Notes: generated from the letters alone by a model not told the origin. A stretch of 64,000 nt of DNA from Octopus vulgaris (GCA_951406725.2 OX597816.1:122946001-123010000); one strand, 5' to 3'; shown: positions 39,280-54,249, counted from the first letter of the stretch. Program-made: numbers and translations.

Positions 39280-40560
39280 AGGATGTGGAGAATCTAACAG
39301 TCTCTCTTATCCTTTTATGGATCATCACGTGAAGACCATCTTCAATGGTTCTTTAACAATCCAGTGTGCAACAGAGCATTAGGGTAACAACTAATACATG
39401 ACATTGAGATTTCGTCCTGTTTTGTCAACAACATAAAGACATACGACTATGTTGTAGCTCTTCAGAAAGCTTTAGAATTTTTAAAGACAATTAATCAAAT
39501 ATATATTATGTGTATTTGTATATCTAATATACATTGAAAAGAAGAACTACTCTCAGACCTTAAATCAAAGGGTTCAATACTGATATTACATAGGACATGC
39601 AACTAGACTAACTTTTATACCCCTTTAACGATAGGAATAGAAGAATCTGCAAGTCAATATAAAGTACTTACCAATTTAACTGTGAGTTCACTGCATATGT
39701 TACTTCTTTGTTTGGTCATCCAGTACACTGATGGCAGCTCAACATAGTTAATATTAAGTAGAAAACAACACTCATAAACAATATCATCATGTTTAACAAA
39801 AGACTAAAGACTACTACAAGATAGATACAACCAATGGTAACTGTTGGTGATATTGACTGCTTCTTATGGAGATTGTGGCATAATCATTTTATACGTAACC
39901 TTTTTAATAATAGCATTAAATTGGTGTTGTACATTTGTGATATAGAATACTATAAGTATTGAATACAAGGCAATTCAAAAGAATTGTGTTTGATATCAAA
40001 GAATTATGTGTGCCAACCAAAATATAACTAATGTTGTATGTAAAGTATTAAAGTATGGATTATCCATTAAGCACATTTAACAATTGATTATCTGTTCAAG
40101 ATACTGAACAATGGATAGAATGAACAAATTGTAAGAAAATGGTATTATGAAATAACAAGTTTCTCATTCACACATTCAAAGTATATGAAAAACCTTGGTT
40201 AAAGTGGCTATTCACAAAGAATCTCTAATATCAGAAACTAATAAAGAATCTTGATAATCGATGTTAACTCAACAAGTTTTTATTCAATAATGCAAGATGA
40301 GGATGTATCCCCCTTGTATCAACTGCTTTGAGTTCCCATGAGTAGTTAATCTTTTACAAACATCATGTACTAATATAAACTATTCTATGGAACCAAAGGA
40401 AAGTTGAAAATATCTATAGAATCCAGTCTCAAAAGAGTGTCCATGGTATTTTGTCACATGAGTTAGAAGGAAAATACAAAGAAATAACATAATGTGAGAA
40501 AATCATGTGTTTTATGATAATACTTCATTTGAATGTGTAATATTTATTGATATTAGTCAT
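39280..40560 (+). mobile_element. Degraded L1-like RT region
   Basis: Faint motifs such as cagtacactgat (QYTD, YADD-like); A-rich strand with many stops. Confidence 0.35.
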
Positions 40561-41004
40561 AAATGAATGTTACATTTATAACAGCTTAACATATTCACCA
40601 GATGTATTATTTCACAACATGAACAATAAAGAAAAGTGTAAATTTTTAAAAACTGAATTAATAAAAGATATGTAGTGTTGATGAAAGAAACACTTTGCAG
40701 TCCCTTTTAAGGAAAGGATATATGTACAACAATCGGAGGATGTGAATTTTTTTTTTTACTTACCCTCAGTCATTACTGATAAATATTCTGAGCTAATATC
40801 TCATTGTTTTTTAGAATGTAAATAACTTGCTACCATTTCTTAGGCAATTGTATGAACTTAAAGTAACAATGAAATTCAATAAATAGGCAATTAACAACTT
40901 GTGAAAAAATATAATTTTCGCTTATACTATTAGTTAAAGAGAATATGAAACAGAGATGTATGACTTCATGTTGTAAACCCATATTTCATGAAAAAAATAG
41001 ATAT

Positions 41005-41195
41005 TGGTTTCAAATTTTAGCACAACGCCAGTAGTTTCAGTGGAGAAGTAGGATGATTACATTGAAACCAAAAGGTATTTTATTGATACCAAAAGGGTGA
41101 AAGGCAAAGTCGACATAGGTGGAATTTGAACTCAGAACATGAAGGTTGATGAAATACTGCTATACATTTTGCCAATGCTACCAGCTCACTGTCTT
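41005..41195 (-). mobile_element. SINE family C
   Basis: gtgaaaggcaaagtcgac...gaatttgaactcagaac...ccagctcactg. Confidence 0.8.
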
Positions 41196-42249
41196 ACACG
41201 AGAGAGATAAATATTAAAATGAAAGAAGCAAATGATGGTTTGTTTCAGTAAAATATAGTTCAATGATCACAAAATAAAGTTCATTCTTTTTGGGCAGTAA
41301 AACACTTAATATTGAAATATGCAAGTAAGGAAAGTGTGTGAAATTGTATTGAATAATACATAGCATGCATATTAATGTTAACATAATTCCTTCCACACTG
41401 AACTTATTACTTCATGAAGAAAGCTGCAAAATAGCCGTAATTCTAAGGATGTCATGTGGTTAAATAAATATATTCACCCCTTATACCTCCTGATTTTTAT
41501 GGTTTATACACTCTTCATGAAATAGTTTCATCGATAATTTCTTCTGGATTCCAGCTGCATGGACATTATGCATTATACTCCCCTTTATTGGATAACTATG
41601 TGGTCTGTTAGCCAAGTCCATTAGACGAACTTTCTGTGATAGCCACTTGATGTCTAAATCCATATTTTATACTCCACACACATATGTATCTATCTATATC
41701 TATTTATCTATCTATCTACACACACACACACACTCACACACACAACACACACACACACACACACACTCGCATGCACACACACATACACACACACAGATAT
41801 GCACATCCAGAATATCCTGAATACTTCTTGTGATTAATAACGTTTTTATTTGTGTCATAAAAATGGTACATTTTAAAGTTTTTTTAAGTCTTTTGATTCT
41901 CACCTTTTTTTTTACTAAATTTAAATGTCATATATATATAGTTATGTTATAAATACAACCAAATAGTAAATTCAAAAAAGAATTTCTCCTAAGAAGTTAT
42001 TTTTATTATGGCAAACTTTCAAATCTTCCATGATTGACCAGGCCAATGGTGTATAAGTAATTGTTTGAAAGATGAGGCTCATCTTACAGTTATATCATGT
42101 CTTTGCTTAACTGAAGATCATACTGCACATTCAAATATGCAGTGAGGGACTGTATGGGTTGCAGTGTGTCAATAAAAGTGTGATATGCTCATTCTACTGT
42201 CATATTTTTTTTATGTGCTTCCGGCAGAAGTTATAAAAGATGTCAACTT

Positions 42250-43460
42250 TAGAGTTGTTATGAATTGATCCAGCTTAGAGATTCTAGAAATTTGACACTG
42301 TTGACATGAGTAGTTTTTGATGGTAGAAAATGTAGAGATTCTTTTAGGCTCTGTGTTTTAAACACATGTTCTTGGGCTTGTGTTACCTTGATGCTTTGAG
42401 ATTTGTTTATATTTCCCTGTTGCTTTTCTAGTATGTAATTGAAGGAAATGGTCAAAATCATTATTAGGTTGCAATGTGCCTGTTTTTCATTTTTATGTCT
42501 CAATCTTTTCTGTAACATTTGGCTACTGTTAGTTGAAAAATGTCCAACAACGGCTTTTGTTCAGTGTTACTGCATGCATATATTATTTAGGTTATGATTG
42601 CTGTTGTTGATGTTAATCACTCTACTTTCTTGCTTTTAGTTTTGTGGTTCATAGTGAATACACATGATTGTCAGTTTTTCTGTTTTCCTGTAGTTTATTG
42701 TTGCTATTTTCTTGTTTGATTGCTTGATGTCAAGTTTATTTCAGTTGCGTGAGGTCTTGATGATTTGTGTTTGATTTCTGTTTTTAGATTTTATAAGCTT
42801 TGCTATTTCTGGTAACTATTTGGGATTGTATATATTTCTTGGCCTTGAGGGATATGTTTTTAGAGGCATCTATAATTATTTTCCTAAATATATATGTTGC
42901 AGTGTTTATCTCAGAGAGTCAGGTGTTATTAGTTTTGAAAAACCATGATTCTATTTGTTGGTGGATCAGGTTCAGTTACGTTTTTTCCAAAAATTTTTAA
43001 AGTAGCTTTCCTTTCTTCAATGATGTGTGAATGTATTGTGATGATAATTGGTAGATGGTCTAAGGAAAGTTAGGGAATTAACATGAAGCAGATGTGATTC
43101 CTATATATTTTGAACACAAGAAAATATCTGGGAAAGTGTTGTTGTAGTTGATATACAGAACTCTGTGTGTGTTGGTGTCAAATGTTTGGGATTTTGGGAT
43201 ATAAAAGGAGTTTTGTTGTGATAACATTATTTTAACTCTTTTATCACCTACTTGAAAAGGTTGAAGCACTGAGTCAATTGAAGTTCCCACATAAGAGCAA
43301 TGTTTCAAAGAGTGTTAAAATACTGTAGTTGAGATCATGTTGCCAGTGAGGTTTTTGATGTTGCGGTGCATATATTTGAGTGCATTGTGTTGCTTTTTGT
43401 TACTGTTTATTACTGTGAAAGCCTATATTTTGAGTCTAATGTTGTTTCCTATTAATTCAG
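42250..43460 (-). mobile_element. Degraded LINE (endonuclease-like region)
   Basis: Strongly T-rich plus strand with only a faint L1 endonuclease resemblance. Confidence 0.35.
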
Positions 43461-43814
43461 AAATGTCATTCCTGTTTTGAAGAGAAATAAAAATCTATTT
43501 TTAACAGAACACATAGAAGAACATATTATATAATGGGGTAGAGATGTCTGAAAACTGATTTCTATATGGAGGAACCACATATCAATTCTCAATCAATCAT
43601 TCATCTTGTTTCCATTGCATATGATTTGAAAGTCTTCTTGAGCTATTTCCTGCTTGTTAGCTCATGATATAAGAGTGATAAACTGAAATAAGTGAGTACT
43701 AACTCAAAGATCCCCCAATTATCAAATATACGTGGATTTACTGAAGGCAAGACAAAAAATGGAATAGGAATGGACAAAAATCTTTTATTAACTGACATAG
43801 GTGATTCACATTGC

Positions 43815-44850
43815 ATGTTTCTTCTATAACAACTTTTCATATTGCTCTTCGTCATTGCAGACAAATATATAATACAAGCTCATTTAGTTTGTGGCAAAGG
43901 AAGGTGCAGGCTATCTAACATTCGCAGAAGGATACAGACAGATTTCAGAAATAGCATCATTGACAAAAGCAATGTGCACATATGGATGGAAAAAGTTAAA
44001 GTAAAGCCAACCACAATTGAAGAAAAACAACTAAGTAGGAGTTCATCATCTAAAACCACAGACACAAATCTCCAAATGAATGGACAAATTTATTCACGTA
44101 GACAGATGAGTCACAATTCATGAATTTGCTGTGTAATTGGATGGTAGTCACAATGTACTACAGAAGGTAGCTGAAAACTTTGGGTATTGGAAAGTGTGTA
44201 TTGAGTGGGTACTTCAACAGTTGATATCTCATATGAAGAAGAAAGGGGTGGAAGTCTGATATGATCCCTTGAAACTGTTTAAAGTCATTGAATATACAAT
44301 TCTCTTGTGATCTGAGGATAAGATATGAAAATTGGCTATATCTATTCTCTGGAAATGAAAACTCAGTCCATGGTAGAAGGCTATACGTCTTCTCCAAGGC
44401 CCAAGAAGTTCAAGAGCCAACAGCAAGCACAGAAAGTCAAGATAACTGTTTTTTGGAATGACAAGTGTGTCAGTATTCTTGATTGTTTTGAAATGTGACT
44501 ATACTATAAAGAGCAAATGGCACATTTATACTCCAAGCACTTTAAGAATCCATTAGGAGGAATAATCTGAACAGGAATCCGAAAATGGTTGGTATACACC
44601 ATGACAAATCAAGGTCACACACATCTTTGGCTACAAATCAAGCAATCACTTAATCAGACTTCAACCTCTTTGGTTCAATAAATGACAGTCTTCAAGGACA
44701 ATTATTTGATGACAGAGATGAAAAGGAAATGGTTGTGATGGAATGGATACAACAGTGACGATCTGAATTTTTCAAAGTGGATTTGAGGATTGAGCTCAAT
44801 GATGGCACAAATGGCACAAATGTGTCACTTTTGATGGAGACTATGTTACG
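43815..44850 (+). pseudogene. Mariner transposase remnant
   Basis: EMKTQSMVEGYTSSPRPKKFKSQQQAQKVKITVFWND, HHDKSRSHTS (HDNARPH-like), SDFNLFG and WHKCVTFDGDYV; many stops and frameshifts. Confidence 0.85.
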
Positions 44851-46602
44851 TTGTACCTTTATACGAAGGAACAGTTATTTTACCAACATGTGATATCTGA
44901 ATGACATCTGTCAGTTTATAAAACATTTGCCTTCTTTTGTATGCATGTATGTATATGTGTAGGCAGAATTTCCTTGATCACATTCCCCAACAGAATGCCA
45001 TGCTCTGGGATTGACTCAATAACAGTGTAGTTACCAAAGTTTCTGTGGTTAAGAAGATAATTCCAACAACCACATTGTTACTAGTTTGATCTGGAACTTG
45101 GACATATCTTCACTCTAGCATTTCATAGGGAGAAGCAAATCTGTGCACGCACACACACATACATGCATGCACATACAAACACACACACACACGCATTTAC
45201 ACATACATACACACACTCACACATACACGTGTATTTGCACACACATACACACACATATCCCCACAGTCTCACACACACACATACACACACACACACACAC
45301 AGAGATAGAGAGCAAGAGAGTGAGTCACAAGCATGCTGACTGAAAGACTGGCAGAGGCAGAGAGGCACAAAGTAGATTCATATTTTGGTTAAAATGGTGC
45401 ATTCATCATCCCATGCAGTAAATTTCCTACAGAAGTTTTGTCACAGCCCTGAAATATTTACAAACATTTGTCAATACTTTGCTCAGTCCTTTTGTGAATT
45501 ACTCTTAAATTGAACGAAAATTTACCTTGTTCAGTTCTTGCTGAATTTTTATTTTCCTAAGATGTAGATATGTATGATTTTTCTTCAGCTGCAAACAAAG
45601 TGACAAGACTTTCTGAGTTAAGAGAGATCCCAGTGTTTGTAAATCTGTGGTTGAGTTGGTGCATTGTTTGAACTGTCGATGCATACACCTAAGTGTGGGC
45701 ACCTTTCCACATAAGAATCTCAGATGGAGAACTTTTGCAATGGTTCAGTTCAAAAGTCCATTGGAATTTTTCTTGACAGATCTGCAATAGCCAACTCCAG
45801 GTTTTTTCATTGTCATGGTGCATGTATAGTAAATTTTCCATGTGATTTGTATTTCACTGTTTGATTACTGCCATGATCTTTTCAAAAAAAGTTGTTTCTT
45901 TGCATTTGCACCAAATCTTTTACCAGGCTTGCATTGATGGCAAAAATTATAGGAGATACTTCCATTATCAAGGTGAATGAACAGTTCTCTATGCCAACGT
46001 GTCCATATTCAATGACATGTTGATGTATGTGTGTATGTGTGTATGTATGCATGCAAGTTATGTACATATGTATGTAACTAGACATAGACTGAGAGGTTTA
46101 GAGAAAGATATATACATGCATACGTATTTACTTCTAACTTACTCTTTTTTCATATTCTCTTTCTCATTGTTGTTCTCTCTTGTCTCCTTCTGTCATTCCC
46201 ATTGCCTGTTCATCTTCTCTGACTGATTTCTCCAACATCTTTCAACAGAATTCTTTGTGTCTTTTTTGCTATTTTAGAGTTTTCTCTTTCCTGTGGCACA
46301 CAACTAATCCAGTCTATGTATTTTATTGATGAGAAAGAATGTGATTTGTATTAGATTAAATCATATGTTAAAAACTCTAAAACTTACGTAACCAAATCTT
46401 ACATTACTGTCAAACTTAAGTACGTAGTGCATTGTATAAAATGTCTTGAAAATCAAAACATATCTATATTTTAATCTTTACTTTGGAGAAATTATCTCAA
46501 TTTATCATCATTATGCTAAGTTACAGAGTTTGTTAGAATAGAATAGAATAGAACTATTTCTGATAGTAAAAATAAATGGGAAATTATTCCAAAATATCTT
46601 CC

Positions 46603-47045
46603 GTTTATTTTTACATGGTTTCAGTCATTGGACTGCAGCCATGCTGGGGCATTGTCTTGAAGAATTTTTGTCAAATGAATAGACCCCAGTAATTAGATTT
46701 TTAAACTTGGTACTTATACTTTTGGTTTTTGTCAAACCGTTAAGTTACAAGGACATAAAATCACCAAAACTGGTTGTCAAATAGCGGTTGGGTACAAACA
46801 CAGACACAAAGACACGCACACACACATACACGTATTTATATATGTGTGTTTGTGAGTGTATATATGTATGTATGTTGGGCTTGACCTCCTTCAGTTTCTG
46901 TCTACCAAATTCACTCACAAGGTTTTGGTTGGCCTGAGATTATTGTAGAAGACACTTGCCTCCAAGGTGCCACCATGCAATGAGACTGAAAACAGAATCA
47001 TGTGGTTAGGAAGCAAACTTCTTATCACACACAGCCATGCCTCCA
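46603..47045 (-). mobile_element. SINE family A (older copy)
   Basis: Consensus match with more substitutions. Confidence 0.82.
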
Positions 47046-47170
47046 TCTATGTATCATAATTAGTGAAGCTACACAAGCCAACCAAAGCAAAGCAAAGCTA
47101 ACATAATTCCCTTAAATTATACCTTACTGTCATAAACAATGAAGAAGATTCTAAACAGAACAACACTGGA

Positions 47171-47570
47171 TACTTTTTTACTCTTTTACTTGTTTCAGTC
47201 ATGTGACTGTGGCCATGCTGGAGCACCACCTTTAGTCGAGCAAATTGACCCCAACACTTATTCTTTGTAAGCCTAGTACTTATTCTATCGGTCTCTTTTG
47301 CCAAACCGCTAAGCTATGGGGACGTAAACACACCAGCATCGGTTGTCAAGTGATGTTGGGGGGACAAACATATACACACATGTACACATATATATATACA
47401 TATATACAACGGGCTTCTTTCAGTTTCCATCTTCCAAATTCACTCACAAGGCTTTGGTCAGCCTGAGGCTATAGTAGAAGACACTTGCCCAAGGTGCCAT
47501 GCAGTGGGACTGAACCCAGAACCATGTGGCTCATAAGCAAGCTACTTACCACACAGTCACTCCTACGCCT
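47171..47570 (-). mobile_element. SINE family A
   Basis: Consensus match. Confidence 0.9.
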
Positions 47571-48429
47571 ATACACACAAAAAGTGGAATGTTCATGGTT
47601 GCAATGTTTTTGATAATATGTCACTTTCGATCAAGTTTAATCTGAGCTTAAACTGAACATTTACCATTTGTTAAATGTCTTAACAGTACACATAATTTAT
47701 CAGTTTTTATTTTTCTATTCTAGCTCGAATTTTAATGAAGCATTCAGTTCTGTAACTTGATATCCTCGCCTGTTCTTAATTATTCAATTATAAAGTAATT
47801 GTAGAACCAGTTGTTAGTCAAACAAAGACAAGTGGAAAATTAAGTTTCCTTGCCCAAGGTTATATAACAATTGCTAAAGTAAATTTTGAATGGGTGGTTA
47901 TACATTCTGTAGTCCATAAATTTAAGCTCACTCTCTTTAGATGTTCTAAATATCCTCATCATTATCATCATCACCACTGCTACCACTGTCAACACTGCCA
48001 CATCTACAGTATCATCAACATCATTCTCATCATCAATATTAGCAGCAGAAGCATCAGAATGATCACTTAACATCCATTTTTCCATGCTGATGCAGTTTAG
48101 ACAAGTTTAATAAAGTCTCATCAGTCAGTAGGTATTAATCTTCTGTCACAGATGACATCAAAGATATCCAACTAACTTTGTTATTGTAGTGTTATTTTTT
48201 TAAATTTTTGCAAACTGTTTTTTTACCTCTACCATCTCTGTCTACTTTATCATATGGTGCATTATATCATATGGTTAGCAGAGTATATGTCACCATTTAT
48301 TAATTTTTTTGCGTAATACAGGGTTGAAGAGATAGTTGGGAGAGAAGGAACATGGAGATTATTATGAGAGTGTTAGATGCTAAAGGTAGAAGCTGAAGTT
48401 ATCATCAGAGATGGAAGTTGTATTTGTAA

Positions 48430-48630
48430 TTGTTTAGCCCTGGGTCAAGCCTGATTGAGAAGATCTATGTTCAAAAATATTTCTACTATGAATCTTCTGT
48501 CAGTTTTCCTGTGTACAGAGAATCCACCATTTATTATCCTACATGACTTTATTTTTTAGTGTAACAGGAGGAGATTTTAGGAAAATTTAGTTGCTATTTC
48601 TAGCAGAGTTAGTGATCACATAAAGACTTT
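48430..48630 (+). mobile_element. Family D repeat, uninterrupted copy
   Basis: ttgtttagccctgggtcaagcctgattgag...ttagttgctatttctagcagag. Confidence 0.65.
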
Positions 48631-48813
48631 GTTATTTCCTCAAAATATGGAGACTGTCATGAGAGGTGGAAGCTGTTATGAGAGGCGGTGACTGTCATGA
48701 AAAATTGATGTTGTCATTAGATGTTACTTTGTGGGTGAAAGTTAACAAATATCAGAGTTGTTTTTGCCTGGTAATTGATTTGATCTGAGACAAGGTGTTG
48801 AAATTAAAGCAAT

Positions 48814-49036
48814 TACAGCATAGAAGACTTAGTTTGGCCATTCAAAACACACAAACTGTTAACTTCACTTAATTATTTATTACTTAGAGTCCAAATTTTC
48901 TCCACACTGTCTGTGACCTGGTCACTGACACAGATACACTTGCCATGAAAATATTGATACCTAGTAATAAATAATTAAGCGAAGTTAACAGTTTCTGAGT
49001 ATTTTTCAATGGCTAAATTGTATCTTCCATGCTGTA
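48814..49036. repeat. Imperfect long inverted repeat (arms of about 70 bp)
   Basis: tacagcatagaaga...aaactgttaacttcacttaattatttattact versus agtaataaataattaagcgaagttaacagttt...tcttccatgctgta. Confidence 0.88.
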
Positions 49037-50085
49037 TTTGAATCAGGAAATATTTGTATCCTTAAATTTGGATAGTTTTCTAAATGAAACTGGTAGGATG
49101 AAGTAGGTAGACTAAAAAAGTAGAAATGTCAGAGTATATAACAACATAGAAACAAGATTATAAAATTTGTGAGTGGGAAACATCAGCAGAGAAGAAAGTA
49201 TGTAAGAAGATATACCAGACCCTAACTGGCTTAGGAAAAGAACAAAGATACTGAAAAGAATTGAAGATGCAAAGAAACACATGTAGAAACAAAAGAAAGT
49301 AACCTTCTTTCAGATGGTAGGGTGTAGTTTCATGGAAATTTAACTGATGCTTTTTATTAGGTTGAGTGATTATGTAGAATTTGTTTAATTTGTTGGTGTT
49401 GTTGAGATATAATACCCTACTGTTGAGAGCATTTGTGTGTGTTGTTGTTGTGTGTGTGTGTGCATTAATGTTTGTTTCTAAGTCAAGTTATGATATAAAC
49501 AATTTTACATTTAACTTAAGGATTATAAAATACTTTCTATAGAGAATAGGTAGTTTTCCTGTTAGGTTTCTTTGGACTGTGGCACATTTGAGTTCATCTT
49601 AGCTTTTGTTTTTCTGGGATAGGTGGAGTTATATTTAACAATAATTAGGTAGCAGTGTATGTTCTGATAGAAAGACATTGTAGAAGGTTTTACTTGCTTA
49701 AAGTTGTAATTGTGTTATTGTTCAGAGTTCAGTCATATGTTATATCTGTAACCAGGTGTGTCTATTTATGTGTGTCAGCTTCAGGCTGTGGTCTTGTTTT
49801 TTAGGGTTCACACAATGGAAATTGGTCAGCACTTTTACATGCATGACTGGACATTGAACAATAACACACCTCTAATCTTAAATAATAAAAGACTTCTATC
49901 ATAATTTACCATCGGAACTTACACTACAACTAATTATCATTCAACATAGCTCAGATTGTCCCACACAAAACAAATGTACCAGAGACTATATGAAAACATG
50001 ATGGATTCAAATGTACTATAGTCCAGTAAAAGCTAGTAGACAAAAGCTTCAAATCCACTCTCACCACTCCTCTTGAAAATGTATA

Positions 50086-50139
<54 letters not shown>

Positions 50140-51232
50140 GAATGGATATAAAAACCATTATTAATTCAAATTTCTTTGCCTGTTCATACTCATTCTCACC
50201 TATTTAGAAAGAACATGAACATTACTAGATTTCAGTAAGAACAAGTTTTAACTGAAAAGAATTGTGAAACATTTAAATTCCCAACTGCTTAACTCTTGCC
50301 TGTGTTTTTTACTTATGGTAAATTTCAAAACCTCAGAAGCAAAGTAGTATTTATTTAATCACTGATTTCAGTTATAAAAATACCTACTGAATATCAATTT
50401 TAAAATCACTTTCACTTGGAACTGATATAAATAAGACATGCTAGCTGAAACCAAGTGTCAGTTGTCTAAAATCATAAATTCAAACTTACAGTAAATGAAA
50501 TATTTTTATCCTTTTAGATTTAGTTTGTGTTTTTTAAAATTTTGATACTTTTTTTTTTCTAATATTTTTCCTATCAATTCTGATATTTGAAACAAATATA
50601 TTTTCTTTTTTCCTTTTTTCAAAAATAAATTTTTACAGATAGAAAATAAATAAATGACATAAATACAAATAAAGGAAAATATGAATTTTATTTCAGAAGT
50701 GCTGGAATTTTGCCTTTGACATGGTTTACATTCTTTGAGTAACTTACATTTTTTTTTGTTTCCACATTAGTAATTCTTGGAAATAATTGATTTTAGGTAT
50801 GATTTTATGGCAAAATGCTCTTCCTGTCACTAACCCTCAACATGAATATAAATTCATAAATAGAATTTCAGATTATTTTATTTTTGAAAAAAGCATGTTT
50901 GTGATGAGACCAATAATGTCATTATAATGTTGCTTAATTTTGAGATGATAAATGCAAGTAATGTTTTGTGAGAGTTTAATATGCAGCAAATACTAATAAA
51001 AGTTTGCAAAACCTTAAAAATTTATCTGTTGTTTGTCTACAAAGAGTTGCAGCAGCAAGAACAGTTAAACATGGTGATTTATCAGTTACCATACATAACT
51101 GGAAAGATTAGTTTAAATGCCAATGATAATCATGTTTCATAGATTGTTTCGTGATCAAGCAAACGAATTCATGAATATAAACTCACAAACAAGTTTGTAA
51201 CAATAATGGTTTTCCTACCATTCTTCCCCCAC

Positions 51233-51266
<34 letters not shown>

Positions 51267-51315
51267 AATACATACATGCATACATACAAACATACATATG
51301 TGTGTATGTATTTGT

Positions 51316-51361
<46 letters not shown>

Positions 51362-51986
51362 ATATATATGTGTAAGTGTATATATGTATGTATGTACTCA
51401 CTCACTCACGCACACACTTACACACGTGTGCACACACACGCGCAAAAATATGTATAAGTGTGTGTAAAATCCCTTCATCAGCTATCAACAGAAGATTATA
51501 CCAACCAAAATATTGTATGTCAGCTACTAAGTTTTTATTCCACTGCAATCATATTTGGATATCCTTAGGCAAAGCATTTAATACTTGCTTCAATCTTCCT
51601 AACTGAGAATAGATACCATTCTATATGTAAATTTACCATGCAATCAACAAGAATCTTAGCCGGGAGAGTCGAAAACTTATAACACCTCTCCTTAATATTC
51701 TGAATATCTAAAGTGTCGTTTATTGCTTTATTTGAGCTGGATGATATCTCTTTCTTGCCTCATTCTCATATCCTAGCATGAAAATTCTGGACATTTCAAT
51801 TTTATGTAGACGAACCGCATTCAAATGAAAGCATAAAGAGAATTAGAGGAATTTATTAGAATGAGACCGAAGTAAATCTAAATACCTAGTTTTCAGTAAT
51901 GCAATATTGCTAATAAGGCAAGAGATATAGAGTGCTAGACTAAATGCAATATTCAGTTTCATGTTGATATGTGTTCAAATTCAAAG

Positions 51987-52381
51987 ATGGCAATCTAGCA
52001 GAAACTTTAGCACAACGGGTGAAATGCTTAGCGGTATATCGTCTGTCTTTATGTTCTGAGTTCAAATTCCGCCGAGGTCGACTTTGCCTTTCATCCTTTC
52101 GGGGTCGATTAAATAAGTACCAGTTACGCACTGGGGTCGATATAACCGACTTAATCCGTTTGTCTGTCCTTGTTTGTCCTCTCTGTGTTTAACCCTTTGT
52201 GGGTAGTAAAGAAATAGGTATTTCATCTGTCTTTACGTTCTGAGTTCAAATTCCGCTGAGGTCGACTTTATCTTTCATTTTTTCAGGGTCGATAAATTAA
52301 GTACCAGTTGCGTACTGGGGTCGATCTAATCAGCTGGCCTCCTCCCCCAAAATTTCGGGTCTTCGGCCTAGAGTAGAAAAT
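51987..52381 (+). mobile_element. Dimeric family C SINE, CpG-rich
   Basis: ttctgagttcaaattccgc.gaggtcgacttt occurs twice (about 52055 and 52238). Confidence 0.9.
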
Positions 52382-52999
52382 GATATGTGTTTAAATTCTG
52401 TTGTGACTATCTTTGTTTCATATAAAAATTCATTGCAATATTTTGAAATTGTTGCTATTACTGTTTAGCCAACTGAGTAGGTCTTTGATTAAAGATGTTC
52501 CAGCCATGGCCATCCAGCCATTCATATGTCTCAATGAATACTGTTGTATCACCAATTGTTATGGTGATATTTTTTACACTATAACCGTGTAGTAACAATA
52601 AACATACAACGGAACAGAGTAACAAGAATGTAATAATCCAACAAACTCTCCACAAACTATACACAAACCAATAAACTATATTCTGACAACTACCAAAACA
52701 ACACCTTATGACTTCCTGGTATTATCTCACTTAGACCGCTCCTATTTATAGTCATTCGGTCAGTCAATACTCGCTGGGTATCGTGACTCTCGACACAACA
52801 TCACCTTTTTTGAGATTTCGACTTCCGTGGGAAACGAAATTTATTTCTTTTCTTTTTTCCTTTCCAACATCTCTCCCTTTCTGAGATTTTCATTCCCTCG
52901 GGAGTCCAATCCTTTTTCTACTTAGGAATTATTTCTAAATGTTCAGTCTGTTTATGTTTTCTATTACTGCTCATTCTAGGCTAATCTCTTTTGGAATTG

Positions 53000-54064
53000 G
53001 CACATCGAACATGTCGTAAAACACTTCCATTGGAATGTCCTTACTTTCTTCCATAAATCTAGTTTTTAATTGATTTAGGTGTCATTTATGCTCCCATTGT
53101 TGGTCTTTTATTAAATACATCATGTTTCCAATTCTTTTAGTCACTATACCGTCCTCCCAATCTTCTTTACCGTTCTTGTATATTTTGAAATGGACTCTGT
53201 CTCCCATATTAAAATATTTTGTTGAATTTTTTGTATTTTATCTATACGTTTTTTTCTTTAGCAACAATTTGACAAAGATAGATTTCTATCTTTCAGAGCG
53301 AACATTAGCCCTGCAGGCGACTTCCCTGAACTGGTATTCGGATTGGGCATTATTCTTTACACCCTTAATAACTGAGTTAGTGCTCCGTCATTTCCTAATT
53401 TGTTCCTTACCGTTTTTAGTGCTCGCTTAAAAGTATCTACGAATACTGCTTGTGCATTTGATCTCGAGTGGTAGAGCGGAATAAAAATGTGCTTGATTGC
53501 ATGCATTTCGCGGAGACTTTTGAACGTGTATCCTGTAAATAGTGTTTCATTGTCTGATATTATGGTGTTTGGAACACCGTATCGAGCAAAAAGTTGGTGC
53601 AAGAGCTTTATTGTTGCCTTCGAAGTTGGTTGACTGCACCTACATGCTTCCAGGCACTTGATAAAGCTATAAACAATGATCAAGTAGTACGCCCCATTCA
53701 CCGGTCCCGTGTAGTCTATATGCACTCTGGACCACGGACTATCAGTCTCAGGCCACGATTGGTATTTCACCAGTGATGCCTTGGCTGCTAGCACACAACC
53801 TCTACATGATTTCACCAAATTTTCAATGTTTCGGCCCATTGTCGGCCAAAACACGTAATTCTTTATCAAGGATTTTATTCTTGACATCCTCTGGTGTCCC
53901 TTATGAAATTCATGCAATACGCGTTTCTGTAGTATAGTTGGTACTATCACTCTTTGTGGATACATTAATACATCGTCGCAGAGTGAAAAATGGTTCGCAT
54001 TTGTGTTTCTCTTTTGTTTATTTTTCAAGGTTTCCTTCAATTTTATGATGTATTTATCCTCCAT
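53000..54064 (-). pseudogene. Gypsy integrase remnant
   Basis: HHCC motif (FHKGH...CRGC), PWSRVHIDYTGP, IISDN and YHSRSNAQA..FVDTFKRAL. Confidence 0.9.
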
Positions 54065-54249
54065 TGATTTACTTTTTATATCTTGCAGTCACTGGCAGCT
54101 CCCAAATGATGTTACAGTAATGATTATTAATTTTTTCTTCAATTCAGTTGATGAGTTATTTTTACTGGTAGGACAGCCACTTATTTTTTTACAGTACAGA
54201 CTTATGAGGAGTTCTCATAAGTCAAACAACTCCATCTAGTCCGTATCGT

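Noticed and set aside
48085-48124. Minus-strand CTGATGA-GAC...GTC hammerhead-like motif
   Set aside because: Followed by TAAA rather than GAAA, with no stem III.
51440-51500. Minus-strand gctgatgaaggg resembling a Penelope hammerhead start
   Set aside because: No closing stem II or GAAA; it runs into a microsatellite.
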